From Polynucleobacter sp. (GTDB lineage Bacteria > Pseudomonadota > Gammaproteobacteria > Burkholderiales > Burkholderiaceae): a stretch of DNA of 64,000 nt. Made by a program: the position numbers and the translations under genes. This document shows, one piece after another, positions 30,235-38,477 of the stretch (the first letter of the stretch is position 1; the number at the start of each line of letters is the position of its first letter). Under the pieces are notes generated by a model. The model had not been told where the DNA came from, made no database searches, and saw only the letters and a list, made by a program, of their open reading frames with translations. Location: NCBI GenBank assembly GCA_040400535.1, contig JBBAQC010000007.1, forward strand, positions 34,193-98,192, written 5' to 3'.

Positions 30235-30884
30235 CAGATTGAGCTCCTGCGCTGATTGGGACTACGCCCAAGCACTCCATAAGAAAGTGCAATACAAACA
30301 AGGGAGATACCAAGAAGAATCAGGGCGATGGTGCCTGCACCAGCAGTATCAAAACTCTGCACTTTGTCATAGATCGCAATTGAAGCGGTCTTGGTCTCGC
30401 CTGGAATAGCGCCGCCGACCATCAAAATGATGCCGAATTCTCCTAGGGTATGGGCAAAAGTCAGCGCGGCAGCACTAGTAATGCCTCTCCAAGATAGTGG
30501 CAGCTCAATCAAGCGAAAGATTTGCCAGTTACTCAAACCACTAACCTGTGCCGCCTCCCGAATTTCCGGATTAATAGCCTCGAAAGCCCGCTGGATTGGC
30601 AAAATAGCAAAGGGGATATTCACAATCAATGAAGCGAGCAATATGCCTGAAAACGAAAAAACCAGCGGCACCCCAAAAATACTCACATTGGCGAATGTCA
30701 CTAAAAAGTAATAACCAAGAACGGTTGGCGGAAGTACTAAAGGCAGTGCTAGGGCCGCCTCTACCCAGGGCCGACTTTTATTGAGCTTAATGAGCTGGTG
30801 GGCAGCCCAGATACCAAAAGGCAATATGAGCGCGATTGTCCAAAAGGCCAGCTTGAGGGAAAGCAGAATTGCATCCATATCCAT
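30234..30884 (-). CDS. ABC transporter permease, ModB/CysT-like
   Basis: 216 aa. The EAA-loop region EAAQVSGLSNWQIFRLIELPL...LGEFG resembles ModB/TupB/CysT permeases. Confidence 0.85.
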   Translation of the reverse strand: MDMDAILLSLKLAFWTIALILPFGIWAAHQLIKLNKSRPWVEAALALPLVLPPTVLGYYFLVTFANVSIFGVPLVFSFSGILLASLIVNIPFAILPIQRAFEAINPEIREAAQVSGLSNWQIFRLIELPLSWRGITSAAALTFAHTLGEFGIILMVGGAIPGETKTASIAIYDKVQSFDTAGAGTIALILLGISLVCIALSYGVLGRSPNQRRSSI

Positions 30885-30961
30885 CGTTTCGATTGTATTG
30901 TGTTTGCAGCCTAGGGTATCCCACTATATAAATTGGTAAAAGTTAGGTATTAAATATGCGT

Positions 30962-30981
30962 ATATCTATATATATCGATAT
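30962..30981. promoter_or_regulatory. AT-rich operator-like element: TATATC direct repeats 10 bp apart, ending in the perfect 10-bp palindrome ATATCGATAT
   Basis: Read directly. The palindrome (30972-30981) ends 2 nt before the annotated ATG of the ArsR-family gene. It lies in the divergent region shared with the modB-like gene. Confidence 0.3.
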
Positions 30982-30983
30982 TA

Positions 30984-31328
30984 ATGATGAATAACAAAGC
31001 CAAAGTAAAAAAAGCTACTAAAGATCTTTCTCCACAGGCAATGGAAAAGGTATTTGCGAGTGTTGCTCAGTATTTCAATGTTCTTTCAGATCCATCACGC
31101 TTGCGCATCATGTACACCATCTGTAGCGGCGAAAAGTCTGTTTCTGAAGTGATTGAGCAATGCGGGTCTAGTCAAGCAAATGTTTCACGACATCTCTCGG
31201 TTCTTCATAAGGCAGGAATACTGCTTAGACGTAAAGAGGGCACTACTGTTTTTTACTCAATCGCTGATAACACCACCGTAGAGATGTGTCAAAACGTGTG
31301 CGCCAAAATTGCGCAGAGTTTGCATTAA
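30984..31328 (+). CDS. ArsR/SmtB-family transcriptional regulator (SoxR-like, possibly a BigR/SqrR-type thiol sensor)
   Basis: wHTH region LSDPSRLRIMYTICSGEKSVSEVIEQCGSSQANVSRHLSVLHKAGIL. It lies immediately upstream of soxC. No SD precedes ATG 30984, so an alternative start at MEKVF (31041) is possible. Confidence 0.85.
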   Translation: MMNNKAKVKKATKDLSPQAMEKVFASVAQYFNVLSDPSRLRIMYTICSGEKSVSEVIEQCGSSQANVSRHLSVLHKAGILLRRKEGTTVFYSIADNTTVEMCQNVCAKIAQSLH

Positions 31329-31363
31329 TTTATAAAGTATTGAATCCTCAAATTAAAGTAGAT

Positions 31364-32764
31364 ATGACCAACAAACAAATAGAGATTTCAGCGCAAGACA
31401 TCAGCACTATCGAAAAGCCAGCTAACCGAGCCCGCTTAGTGAAGGCGCCCGAACACTTTATTTCTCAGGAATTGATTGCCGATATCACCGCCAATGGCTT
31501 GGATGAAAATCGCCGTGGTTTTTTGCGAAAAGGTTTTATGTCCGCGCTTGGTGGTGCGGCAGCTGGTTTAACCGCGCCACTCGCTTTTGCTGCTGGTGAA
31601 GGTGATCCCGCTATTTTAGAAAAGCAAGAATGGCAAACAACCCTCGGAAAAAATGTAGCGACGATGCCATATGGATTGCCCTCCATTTATGAGTCAAATT
31701 TGATCCGTCGTGAGTCCCCAGGTTTAACGCGTGTATCGGCCGCTTCTGTTGCCTTCACTCCACTACAAGGTTTGTTTGGAACGATCACGCCGAACGGGCT
31801 GCATTTTGAGCGCCATCACCAAGGTTGGTACAACCTTAATCCAGAAACCCATCGCTTGATGGTGAACGGCTTGGTGAAAAACGCCCGAGTATTTACGATG
31901 AATGACTTAATGCGTTTACCCGCAGTTTCTCGTACACATTTTATTGAGTGCGGTGCAAATACTGGATTGGAGTGGGGTAACGTCGCCGTTCCTACAGTTC
32001 AATATACCCATGGCATGCTGTCTTGCTGTGAGTTCACCGGCGTGCCTTTAAAGGTACTACTTGAAGAGTGCGGTGCTGATTTGAAAAAAGGCAAGTACAT
32101 GTTAGCCGAGGGTGGTGATGGCTCTGGCATGACACGCACCATTAACCTCGAGAGTTGCCTAGACGATACGATTGTTGCTTACGCTATGAATGGCGAAATG
32201 TTGCGTCCAGAAAATGGCTTCCCCTTACGCCTAGTAGTGCCTGGAGTGCAGGGCGTAAGTTGGGTTAAATGGCTACGTCGTTTAGAGGTGGGCGACATGC
32301 TGTGGAATGCAAAAGATGAAGCAATTCACTATATTGAGCTGATGCCCGATGGATCGCATCGTCAATATGCCTCTATCCAGGAATGCAAGTCTGTCATTAC
32401 CACTCCGTCTGGTGGACAGCAGTTATTAGATAAGGGCTTTTATAACGTTAGTGGTATGGCCTGGTCCGGTCGAGGCAAGATTAAGCGCGTTGACGTTTCA
32501 TTTGATGGTGGCAATAACTGGCGCACTGCACGTCTTGAAACACCAGTGCTCACAAAATCGATCACCCGCTTTAATATTGACTGGGTGTGGGATGGCTCTC
32601 CAGCAATCATGCAATCCAGAGCAATAGATGACACTGGCTATATACAGCCGTCGATCAAGACGCTCCGTAATGTGCGCGGTACACGATCGATTTACCATAA
32701 CAATGCAATTCAATCCTGGAAATTGGATTCCAACGGCGAGGTGAGCAATGTACAAGTTGGATAA
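31364..32764 (+). CDS. soxC: Sulfane dehydrogenase molybdopterin subunit SoxC
   Basis: Tat motif NRRGFLRKG and a sulfite-oxidase-family Moco domain. Start taken at the internal ATG 31364 to avoid overlap with the regulator gene. Confidence 0.92.
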   Translation: MTNKQIEISAQDISTIEKPANRARLVKAPEHFISQELIADITANGLDENRRGFLRKGFMSALGGAAAGLTAPLAFAAGEGDPAILEKQEWQTTLGKNVATMPYGLPSIYESNLIRRESPGLTRVSAASVAFTPLQGLFGTITPNGLHFERHHQGWYNLNPETHRLMVNGLVKNARVFTMNDLMRLPAVSRTHFIECGANTGLEWGNVAVPTVQYTHGMLSCCEFTGVPLKVLLEECGADLKKGKYMLAEGGDGSGMTRTINLESCLDDTIVAYAMNGEMLRPENGFPLRLVVPGVQGVSWVKWLRRLEVGDMLWNAKDEAIHYIELMPDGSHRQYASIQECKSVITTPSGGQQLLDKGFYNVSGMAWSGRGKIKRVDVSFDGGNNWRTARLETPVLTKSITRFNIDWVWDGSPAIMQSRAIDDTGYIQPSIKTLRNVRGTRSIYHNNAIQSWKLDSNGEVSNVQVG

Positions 32765-33827
32765 ATTCTGCGTCCGCCTGGGTGTAGCGGCGCTTATCGG
32801 AGTTACAGCCCAATTATCTTTTGCCCAATCGGGCTCTACTAAGTTTCCTGGCCTTGGAAGAGTAGCTACCCCCGCTGAGGTTTCGGCTTGGGATATTGAT
32901 GTCCGTCCTGACTTCAAGGGCCTGCCTAAGGGATCTGGCTCGGTTGCGCAGGGTCAGGTGATTTGGGAAGCTAAATGCGCAAGCTGCCATGGGACATTTG
33001 GTGAATCAAATGAAATCTTTACGCCGATTGCTGGCGGCACTAGTCAGGATGATCTCAAAACTGGCCGCGTAGCTTCATTGAAAGACATGAAGCAACCTCA
33101 AAGAACTACCTTAATGAAAGTGCCCACCTTATCTACATTGTGGGACTACACCTATCGGGCTATGCCCTGGAATGCGCCAAGATCACTGACGCCGGACAAT
33201 ACCTATGCATTAGTTGCCTTCATATTGAATTTGGGGGATATCGTTCCGGATGACTTTGTTTTGAGCAATGCCAATATTGCTGAAGTCAAAATGCCCAATC
33301 GAAATGGCATGACTACCAAGCATGGGTTTTGGAATGTAAAAGATAAACCTGACGTGAACGGCAGTTCTTGTATGAACAACTGTGTGCCATTTGTGCAAAT
33401 TGGCTCAACTTTGCCCGAATTTGCCCGTAATGCCCATGAAAATATTGCAGAGCAAAACCGCATGTATGGGCCATATCGTGGAGCTGACACCACTAAACCG
33501 CCGATTGCGCAATTACCCGGGGCGTCTGGAATCGGCCTTGCCCACGCTTCTGATACCCATTCTCAAGCTGCAAAGGGACCTGCAGCCCTGTTTAAAAACG
33601 AGAACTGCTCTGCTTGCCATGCTCCTAATGCCAAGCTTGTAGGCCCATCGATAGCCGATGTGGCTAAAAAGTATGAGGGGCAAAGTGCCGCCCTTGATAA
33701 ACTCATGATTAAGGTAAAAGTAGGCGGTGCGGGTGTCTGGGGTGCGATTCCGATGCCAGCACAGGCGCAATTATCAGATGAGGATCGCAAGGCTTTAGTG
33801 GTTTGGATGCTTTCTAGCGGTAAGTAA
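32748..33827 (+). CDS. soxD: Diheme cytochrome c SoxD
   Basis: Signal peptide and two heme motifs, CASCHG and CSACHA. 17-nt overlap with soxC. Confidence 0.85.
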   Translation: MYKLDKFCVRLGVAALIGVTAQLSFAQSGSTKFPGLGRVATPAEVSAWDIDVRPDFKGLPKGSGSVAQGQVIWEAKCASCHGTFGESNEIFTPIAGGTSQDDLKTGRVASLKDMKQPQRTTLMKVPTLSTLWDYTYRAMPWNAPRSLTPDNTYALVAFILNLGDIVPDDFVLSNANIAEVKMPNRNGMTTKHGFWNVKDKPDVNGSSCMNNCVPFVQIGSTLPEFARNAHENIAEQNRMYGPYRGADTTKPPIAQLPGASGIGLAHASDTHSQAAKGPAALFKNENCSACHAPNAKLVGPSIADVAKKYEGQSAALDKLMIKVKVGGAGVWGAIPMPAQAQLSDEDRKALVVWMLSSGK

Positions 33828-33911
33828 ATTACTTACTAGATAGTAATCCCATTGTTTTAATGCAAAATAAGCAATAAATTGATAGAAGTGAAGATTAAAA
33901 AGGAGTTTCTT

Positions 33912-34364
33912 ATGAATCAGCAGCGTCGAAGTCTAATGAAGTACTCAGCAGTTTTTGGTCTGATGGCCTCCGCAGGACTTATTAGTGTTGCGCAGGCGCA
34001 AGAATGGAATAAAGCTGCTTTTGAAGGCAAGAGCCTTGATGAAGTATTCAAAATCTTGGCCGGCAGTAATCCAGATAAATCAACTGCGATCACCCTAAAT
34101 GCTCCCGATATTGCTGAGAATGGTGCAGTCGTTCCCGTTGGCATCATCACTACGCTCAAAGCTGAGCAAATGGCCATTTTGGTTGAGAAGAACCCAAGCG
34201 CCTTAGCTGCTCAATTCTTTATTCCTGCCGGTTCAGACCCTTTTGTTACGACTCGTATCAAGATGGGTCAAACATCCAATGTGTACGGTTTAGTAAAAGC
34301 TGATGGCAAGTGGCTCATGACGGTGAAAGAAGTAAAAGTGACTTTAGGTGGTTGCGGCGGTTAA
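33912..34364 (+). CDS. soxY: Sulfur carrier protein SoxY
   Basis: Tat signal QQRRSLMKY and the diagnostic C-terminal GGCGG. A strong SD (AAGGAG) precedes ATG 33912. Confidence 0.95.
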   Translation: MNQQRRSLMKYSAVFGLMASAGLISVAQAQEWNKAAFEGKSLDEVFKILAGSNPDKSTAITLNAPDIAENGAVVPVGIITTLKAEQMAILVEKNPSALAAQFFIPAGSDPFVTTRIKMGQTSNVYGLVKADGKWLMTVKEVKVTLGGCGG

Positions 34365-34418
34365 GCCCGCGCACATTAGCTAATTAATTAATTCAACACA
34401 GAATAAAAGAGGAACAAA

Positions 34419-34727
34419 ATGGGTGACCCAATGCGCGTAAGAGCTGCTGAAAACGGCGGCACTGTAGACGTAAAGATTTTGATGAAACACGATATGGAGT
34501 CTGGGCAACGTAAAGATGCTGCCGGCAAAACTATTCCTCAGTGGTTTATCAGCACAGTCAATGTGAAGGCGAATGGTAAAGATGTATTTAACGGCCAGTT
34601 CGGTCCAGCAGTCTCCAAGGATCCGTTCTTGAACTTTAAATATAAGGGCGCAAAGGGTGACAAGATTGTTGTGACTTGGAGTGACAGCAAGGGCGATAAA
34701 CGCACTGATGAAGCAACTGCTTCCTGA
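34419..34727 (+). CDS. soxZ: Sulfur compound chelating protein SoxZ
   Basis: 102 aa, directly after soxY, with typical length and composition. Confidence 0.92.
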   Translation: MGDPMRVRAAENGGTVDVKILMKHDMESGQRKDAAGKTIPQWFISTVNVKANGKDVFNGQFGPAVSKDPFLNFKYKGAKGDKIVVTWSDSKGDKRTDEATAS

Positions 34728-34774
34728 TTTTTAAATTGATCTTCACCGCCTTCGTGGCTTTGAAAGGGTAGGAC

Positions 34775-35590
34775 ATGCAGCGTAAATTGACTTTAGGGCT
34801 AGCTACAGGTTTAGTAGCAGCTTTATTAACAATGACATCTTCAGTGTTTGCACAAAAAAGTGCTACGGACGATATTGCAAAATACCGCGAGATGATTGCA
34901 GACGGTAACCCCTCTGAGCTCTACGAGGCGGCAGGTGAAGAATTATGGAAAAAACCTGCTGGACCTAAAAATGCCACGTTAGAACAATGTAACTTAGGGC
35001 TTGGGCCTGGTGTTGTCAAGGGAGCAGCAGCGCAGTTGCCTCGCTACTTTAAGGATACCAATAAGGTACAAGATCTGGAATCTCGCTTGATGACCTGCAT
35101 GCAAGTATTGCAAGGTCGTGATCCACAAGAGATGATTGATTCTCCGTTTCAGAAGGGTCCTAAAAAGGATATGGAGGCGATCGTAGCCTACGTGGTCACT
35201 CTGTCCAAGGGTGACAAAATTAAAGTCAGCACAGCGCATCCAAAAGAAAAAGAAATGTTTAATTTAGGGAAGCGAGCTTTCTTTGCTCAAGGCGGACCAA
35301 TGGACTTTTCTTGCGCATCTTGCCATGCTGAAAATGGTAAACGTATTCGCTTACAAGATTTACCCAATATCACTGAGCAAAAGGGCGCCGCTATGGGTTG
35401 GGGTTATTGGCCAGCCTATCGTGTATCAAGCGGACAGTTCTGGACAATGCAGCAGCGCTTAAATGACTGCTACCGTCAGCAACGACTCGCCTATCCGATT
35501 TATGGATCAGATGTCACGATTGCATTGTCCATGTACATGGCTATGACTGGTAACGGCGGCACTGTTGAAACCCCAGGCTTAAAGCGCTAA
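34775..35590 (+). CDS. soxA: Monoheme SoxA cytochrome
   Basis: Signal peptide, a single CASCH heme motif and the conserved distal Cys context LNDCYRQQR. Confidence 0.92.
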   Translation: MQRKLTLGLATGLVAALLTMTSSVFAQKSATDDIAKYREMIADGNPSELYEAAGEELWKKPAGPKNATLEQCNLGLGPGVVKGAAAQLPRYFKDTNKVQDLESRLMTCMQVLQGRDPQEMIDSPFQKGPKKDMEAIVAYVVTLSKGDKIKVSTAHPKEKEMFNLGKRAFFAQGGPMDFSCASCHAENGKRIRLQDLPNITEQKGAAMGWGYWPAYRVSSGQFWTMQQRLNDCYRQQRLAYPIYGSDVTIALSMYMAMTGNGGTVETPGLKR

Positions 35591-35609
35591 TAGACCAGAG
35601 AACAAAATC

Positions 35610-36248
35610 ATGAAATTTATTAATATTAAAAAACTCTTGGCTATCGGCGGAGCTATTTTGCTAGTAGGTTCTTTAAATAGTCATGCACTAGCTCAACAAA
35701 AGAACGACCCAAAATATAACAAGATGATGCAGGACAGCTTTAGAGCTGAAGGTATAGCTGGCCTTGATCGCGTAGAACAAGACGCGACACAAAAATTTTG
35801 CTCAGATACTGCTTTTTCTGACGGCAAAAAAGGTGATGCCATGCGTGACAAGATTCAGAAAATGAATATGGCCGGCATTATGCAGCCATCTGATGGCAAA
35901 TACATTGGCGACTGGAAAAGTGGTGAAAGAATTGCGCAGAGTGGTCGCGGTGCAACTTGGTCTGATAAAGCAGATACCCCAGTAGGGGGCGGTTGTTATA
36001 ACTGCCATGCAATCGATCCCAAAGAGATTTCTTATGGAAATATTGGCCCTTCTTTGACAGGCTATGGCAAGCTACGTGGTTATTCACCTGAGGTGATTAC
36101 CTATACTTGGAACCGGATTAATAATTCAAAGGCATATAACGCTTGTAGCAATATGCCCCGTTTTGCCCACTTCAAACTGTTAAATGAAAAACAAATTCAG
36201 GACGTGATGGCTTTATTGCTTGATCCAGAATCGCCTGTCAATAAATAA
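35610..36248 (+). CDS. soxX: SoxX cytochrome c
   Basis: Signal peptide and heme motif CYNCH. It sits after soxA. Confidence 0.88.
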   Translation: MKFINIKKLLAIGGAILLVGSLNSHALAQQKNDPKYNKMMQDSFRAEGIAGLDRVEQDATQKFCSDTAFSDGKKGDAMRDKIQKMNMAGIMQPSDGKYIGDWKSGERIAQSGRGATWSDKADTPVGGGCYNCHAIDPKEISYGNIGPSLTGYGKLRGYSPEVITYTWNRINNSKAYNACSNMPRFAHFKLLNEKQIQDVMALLLDPESPVNK

Positions 36249-36257
36249 CAGATTTAG

Positions 36258-36281
36258 ACAGGCCGCAAGGCCTGTTTTCTT
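36258..36281 (+). terminator. Intra-operon intrinsic terminator or attenuator between soxX and soxB
   Basis: ACAGGCC-GCAA-GGCCTGT followed by TTTTCTT, in the 45-nt soxX-soxB gap. Confidence 0.55.
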
Positions 36282-36293
36282 AAGGGAATCACT

Positions 36294-38024
36294 ATGTCAT
36301 TAAATCGTCGCGAGTTTTTGCAGGCTTTAGCCATTGCCTCTGCTGGTGGTATGAGCTTGCAATCCAATTTTGCTAGCGCGCAGACAACTGCACAAAAATT
36401 CTATGATTTACCGAAGTTTGGCAATGTTCATTTTCTGCATTTCACAGACTGCCATGCCCAACTCCTGCCAATCTATTTTCGTGAGCCTAATGTTAATCTT
36501 GGTATTGGCACTCAAGAAGGAAAAACACCTCACTTGGTCGGTGAGTATTTTTTAAAGGCCAATGGCATTAAGCCGGGTACGCGCGACGCGCACGCATTTA
36601 CTTACCTTGATTATGTCGCCGCTGCCCAGAATTACGGCAAGATGGGCGGCTTTGCACACATGACTACTCTCATTAAGCAAATCAAAGCTAGTCGTCCAGG
36701 TGCCTTGCTATTAGATGGTGGTGATACTTGGCAGGGCTCTGGAACTTCACTCTGGACCAATGGTCAAGACATGGTTGATGCAGCCTTGCTGATGGGTGTT
36801 GATGTCATGACTGCGCACTGGGAAATGACTCTTGGTGAGAAGCGTGTGATGGAAATTGTCAATGGTGATTTCAAAGGTAAGGTATCTTTTGTAGCGCAAA
36901 ACATTAAAACCGCAGACTTTGGTGATTCCGTATTCAATCCCTATGTCATGAAAGTACAAAACGGAGTTCAGGTTGCCGTTATTGGCCAAGCTTTTCCGTA
37001 CACCCCAATTGCAAATCCCCGTTACTTCACTCCCGACTGGACTTTTGGTATTCAGGAGGAAAATCTTCAGAAGACAATTAATGAAGTAAAGGCCAAGGGT
37101 GCAAAAGTAGTTGTATTGCTCTCTCATAACGGCATGGACGTTGATTTAAAAATGGCATCTCGTGTTACTGGTTTGGATGCGATTATGGGCGGTCATACGC
37201 ATGATGGTGTGCCGATTCCAGTTAAAGTAAAAAACTCAGGTGGAGTCACTCTTGTCACTAACGCTGGCTCTAACAGTAAATTTTTAGGTGTGCTGGATTT
37301 TGATGTGAAGGGCGGTAAGCCAGTAGATTTCCGCTACAAACTCTTCCCAATCTTCTCGAATATGATTCCTGCAGATCCGGCGATGAATCAGCTGATTACC
37401 AAAGTGCGAGCGCCTTTCGAGGCTAAGTTAAAAGAAAAATTAGCGACTACCGACAGCCTTTTGTATCGCCGTGGTAATTTCAATGGCAGTTTTGATCAGT
37501 TAATTCTGGATGGACTGATGGCTCAGAAGAATGCAGAGATTGCTTTCTCACCGGGTTTCCGTTGGGGTACCAGTCTATTGCCAGGACAGGCCATTACTCG
37601 CGAACATTTGCTGGATCAAACAGCGATTACCTATCCATACACAACAGTAACCAATATGAGTGGCGAAATGATCAAGACGATTCTTGAGGACGTTGCTGAT
37701 AACCTCTTTAATCCTGATCCATATTATCAACAAGGTGGTGATATGGTTCGCGTGGGTGGTTTGCAGTACACGATTGATCCAGTTGAGACTGCAGGTAAGC
37801 GCATTACCAATATGCGTTTAAACGGCAAAGCAATTGACCCTAATAAAAATTACAAAGTTGCTGGCTGGGCACCCGTAAGCGAGGATGCTAAGAATGCTGG
37901 CGGTGAAGCAATTTGGGATGTCATGGAAAGACACTTACGTGATGTGAAAGTGGTCAAAGCCGTCAAGTTGAATGAACCCATAATTAAAGGGGTAAAAAAT
38001 AATCCAGGTATGGTTTCACTCTAA
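36294..38024 (+). CDS. soxB: Thiosulfohydrolase SoxB
   Basis: Tat signal NRREFLQAL, a dinuclear-metal motif HFTDCHAQ and a 5'-nucleotidase-like fold. 576 aa. Confidence 0.96.
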   Translation: MSLNRREFLQALAIASAGGMSLQSNFASAQTTAQKFYDLPKFGNVHFLHFTDCHAQLLPIYFREPNVNLGIGTQEGKTPHLVGEYFLKANGIKPGTRDAHAFTYLDYVAAAQNYGKMGGFAHMTTLIKQIKASRPGALLLDGGDTWQGSGTSLWTNGQDMVDAALLMGVDVMTAHWEMTLGEKRVMEIVNGDFKGKVSFVAQNIKTADFGDSVFNPYVMKVQNGVQVAVIGQAFPYTPIANPRYFTPDWTFGIQEENLQKTINEVKAKGAKVVVLLSHNGMDVDLKMASRVTGLDAIMGGHTHDGVPIPVKVKNSGGVTLVTNAGSNSKFLGVLDFDVKGGKPVDFRYKLFPIFSNMIPADPAMNQLITKVRAPFEAKLKEKLATTDSLLYRRGNFNGSFDQLILDGLMAQKNAEIAFSPGFRWGTSLLPGQAITREHLLDQTAITYPYTTVTNMSGEMIKTILEDVADNLFNPDPYYQQGGDMVRVGGLQYTIDPVETAGKRITNMRLNGKAIDPNKNYKVAGWAPVSEDAKNAGGEAIWDVMERHLRDVKVVKAVKLNEPIIKGVKNNPGMVSL

Positions 38025-38045
38025 TACTTTCACGAAAGAAAACTA

Positions 38046-38474
38046 ATGAATACATTACGCCGATGCCTTGCAGTATTGAGTTTAGTGATTGTTGCTTCCA
38101 GTCTTCAGGCTGCAGGCCCCTCTCAAGTCGTTTATCACATCGATGATGCTGAGTCTCAAGGTGTCAAAGGCTTGCGTAATATTCGTAATCATCTCGATGT
38201 TGCTCCGCAAACAAAAATCATCGTTGTGACGCATGCCAATGGAGTCGACATCATGATGGAGGGGGCCAAAGATAAGAAGAACGGTATTGACTACGCCCCT
38301 TTAGTTGGGGCACTAAAGTCTCGTGGTGTTCGCTTTGAAGTCTGCGAGATTACGCTCAAGAACCGAAACCTCAAGAAAGATCAATTTGTGCTTGATACGG
38401 ATTACACTCCATCTGGTGTTGCGCGTATTGCTGATCTTCAATCACAAGAGCGCTTTGCTTATATAAAGCCTTAA
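38046..38474 (+). CDS. DsrE/DsrF-like family protein with a signal peptide (predicted periplasmic)
   Basis: 142 aa. The signal peptide is MNTLRRCLAVLSLVIVASSLQAAG and the mature domain starts VVYHIDD.... A single mature-domain Cys lies in FEVCEITL, as in COG1416-type DsrE-like proteins. Confidence 0.7.
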   Translation: MNTLRRCLAVLSLVIVASSLQAAGPSQVVYHIDDAESQGVKGLRNIRNHLDVAPQTKIIVVTHANGVDIMMEGAKDKKNGIDYAPLVGALKSRGVRFEVCEITLKNRNLKKDQFVLDTDYTPSGVARIADLQSQERFAYIKP

Positions 38475-38477
38475 ACT

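Noticed and set aside
30885-30983. Possible Moco riboswitch upstream of the modB-like gene.
   Set aside because: The region is only 99 nt, AT-rich and lacks the long GC-rich paired elements of the Moco RNA motif. It is better explained as a divergent promoter/operator.
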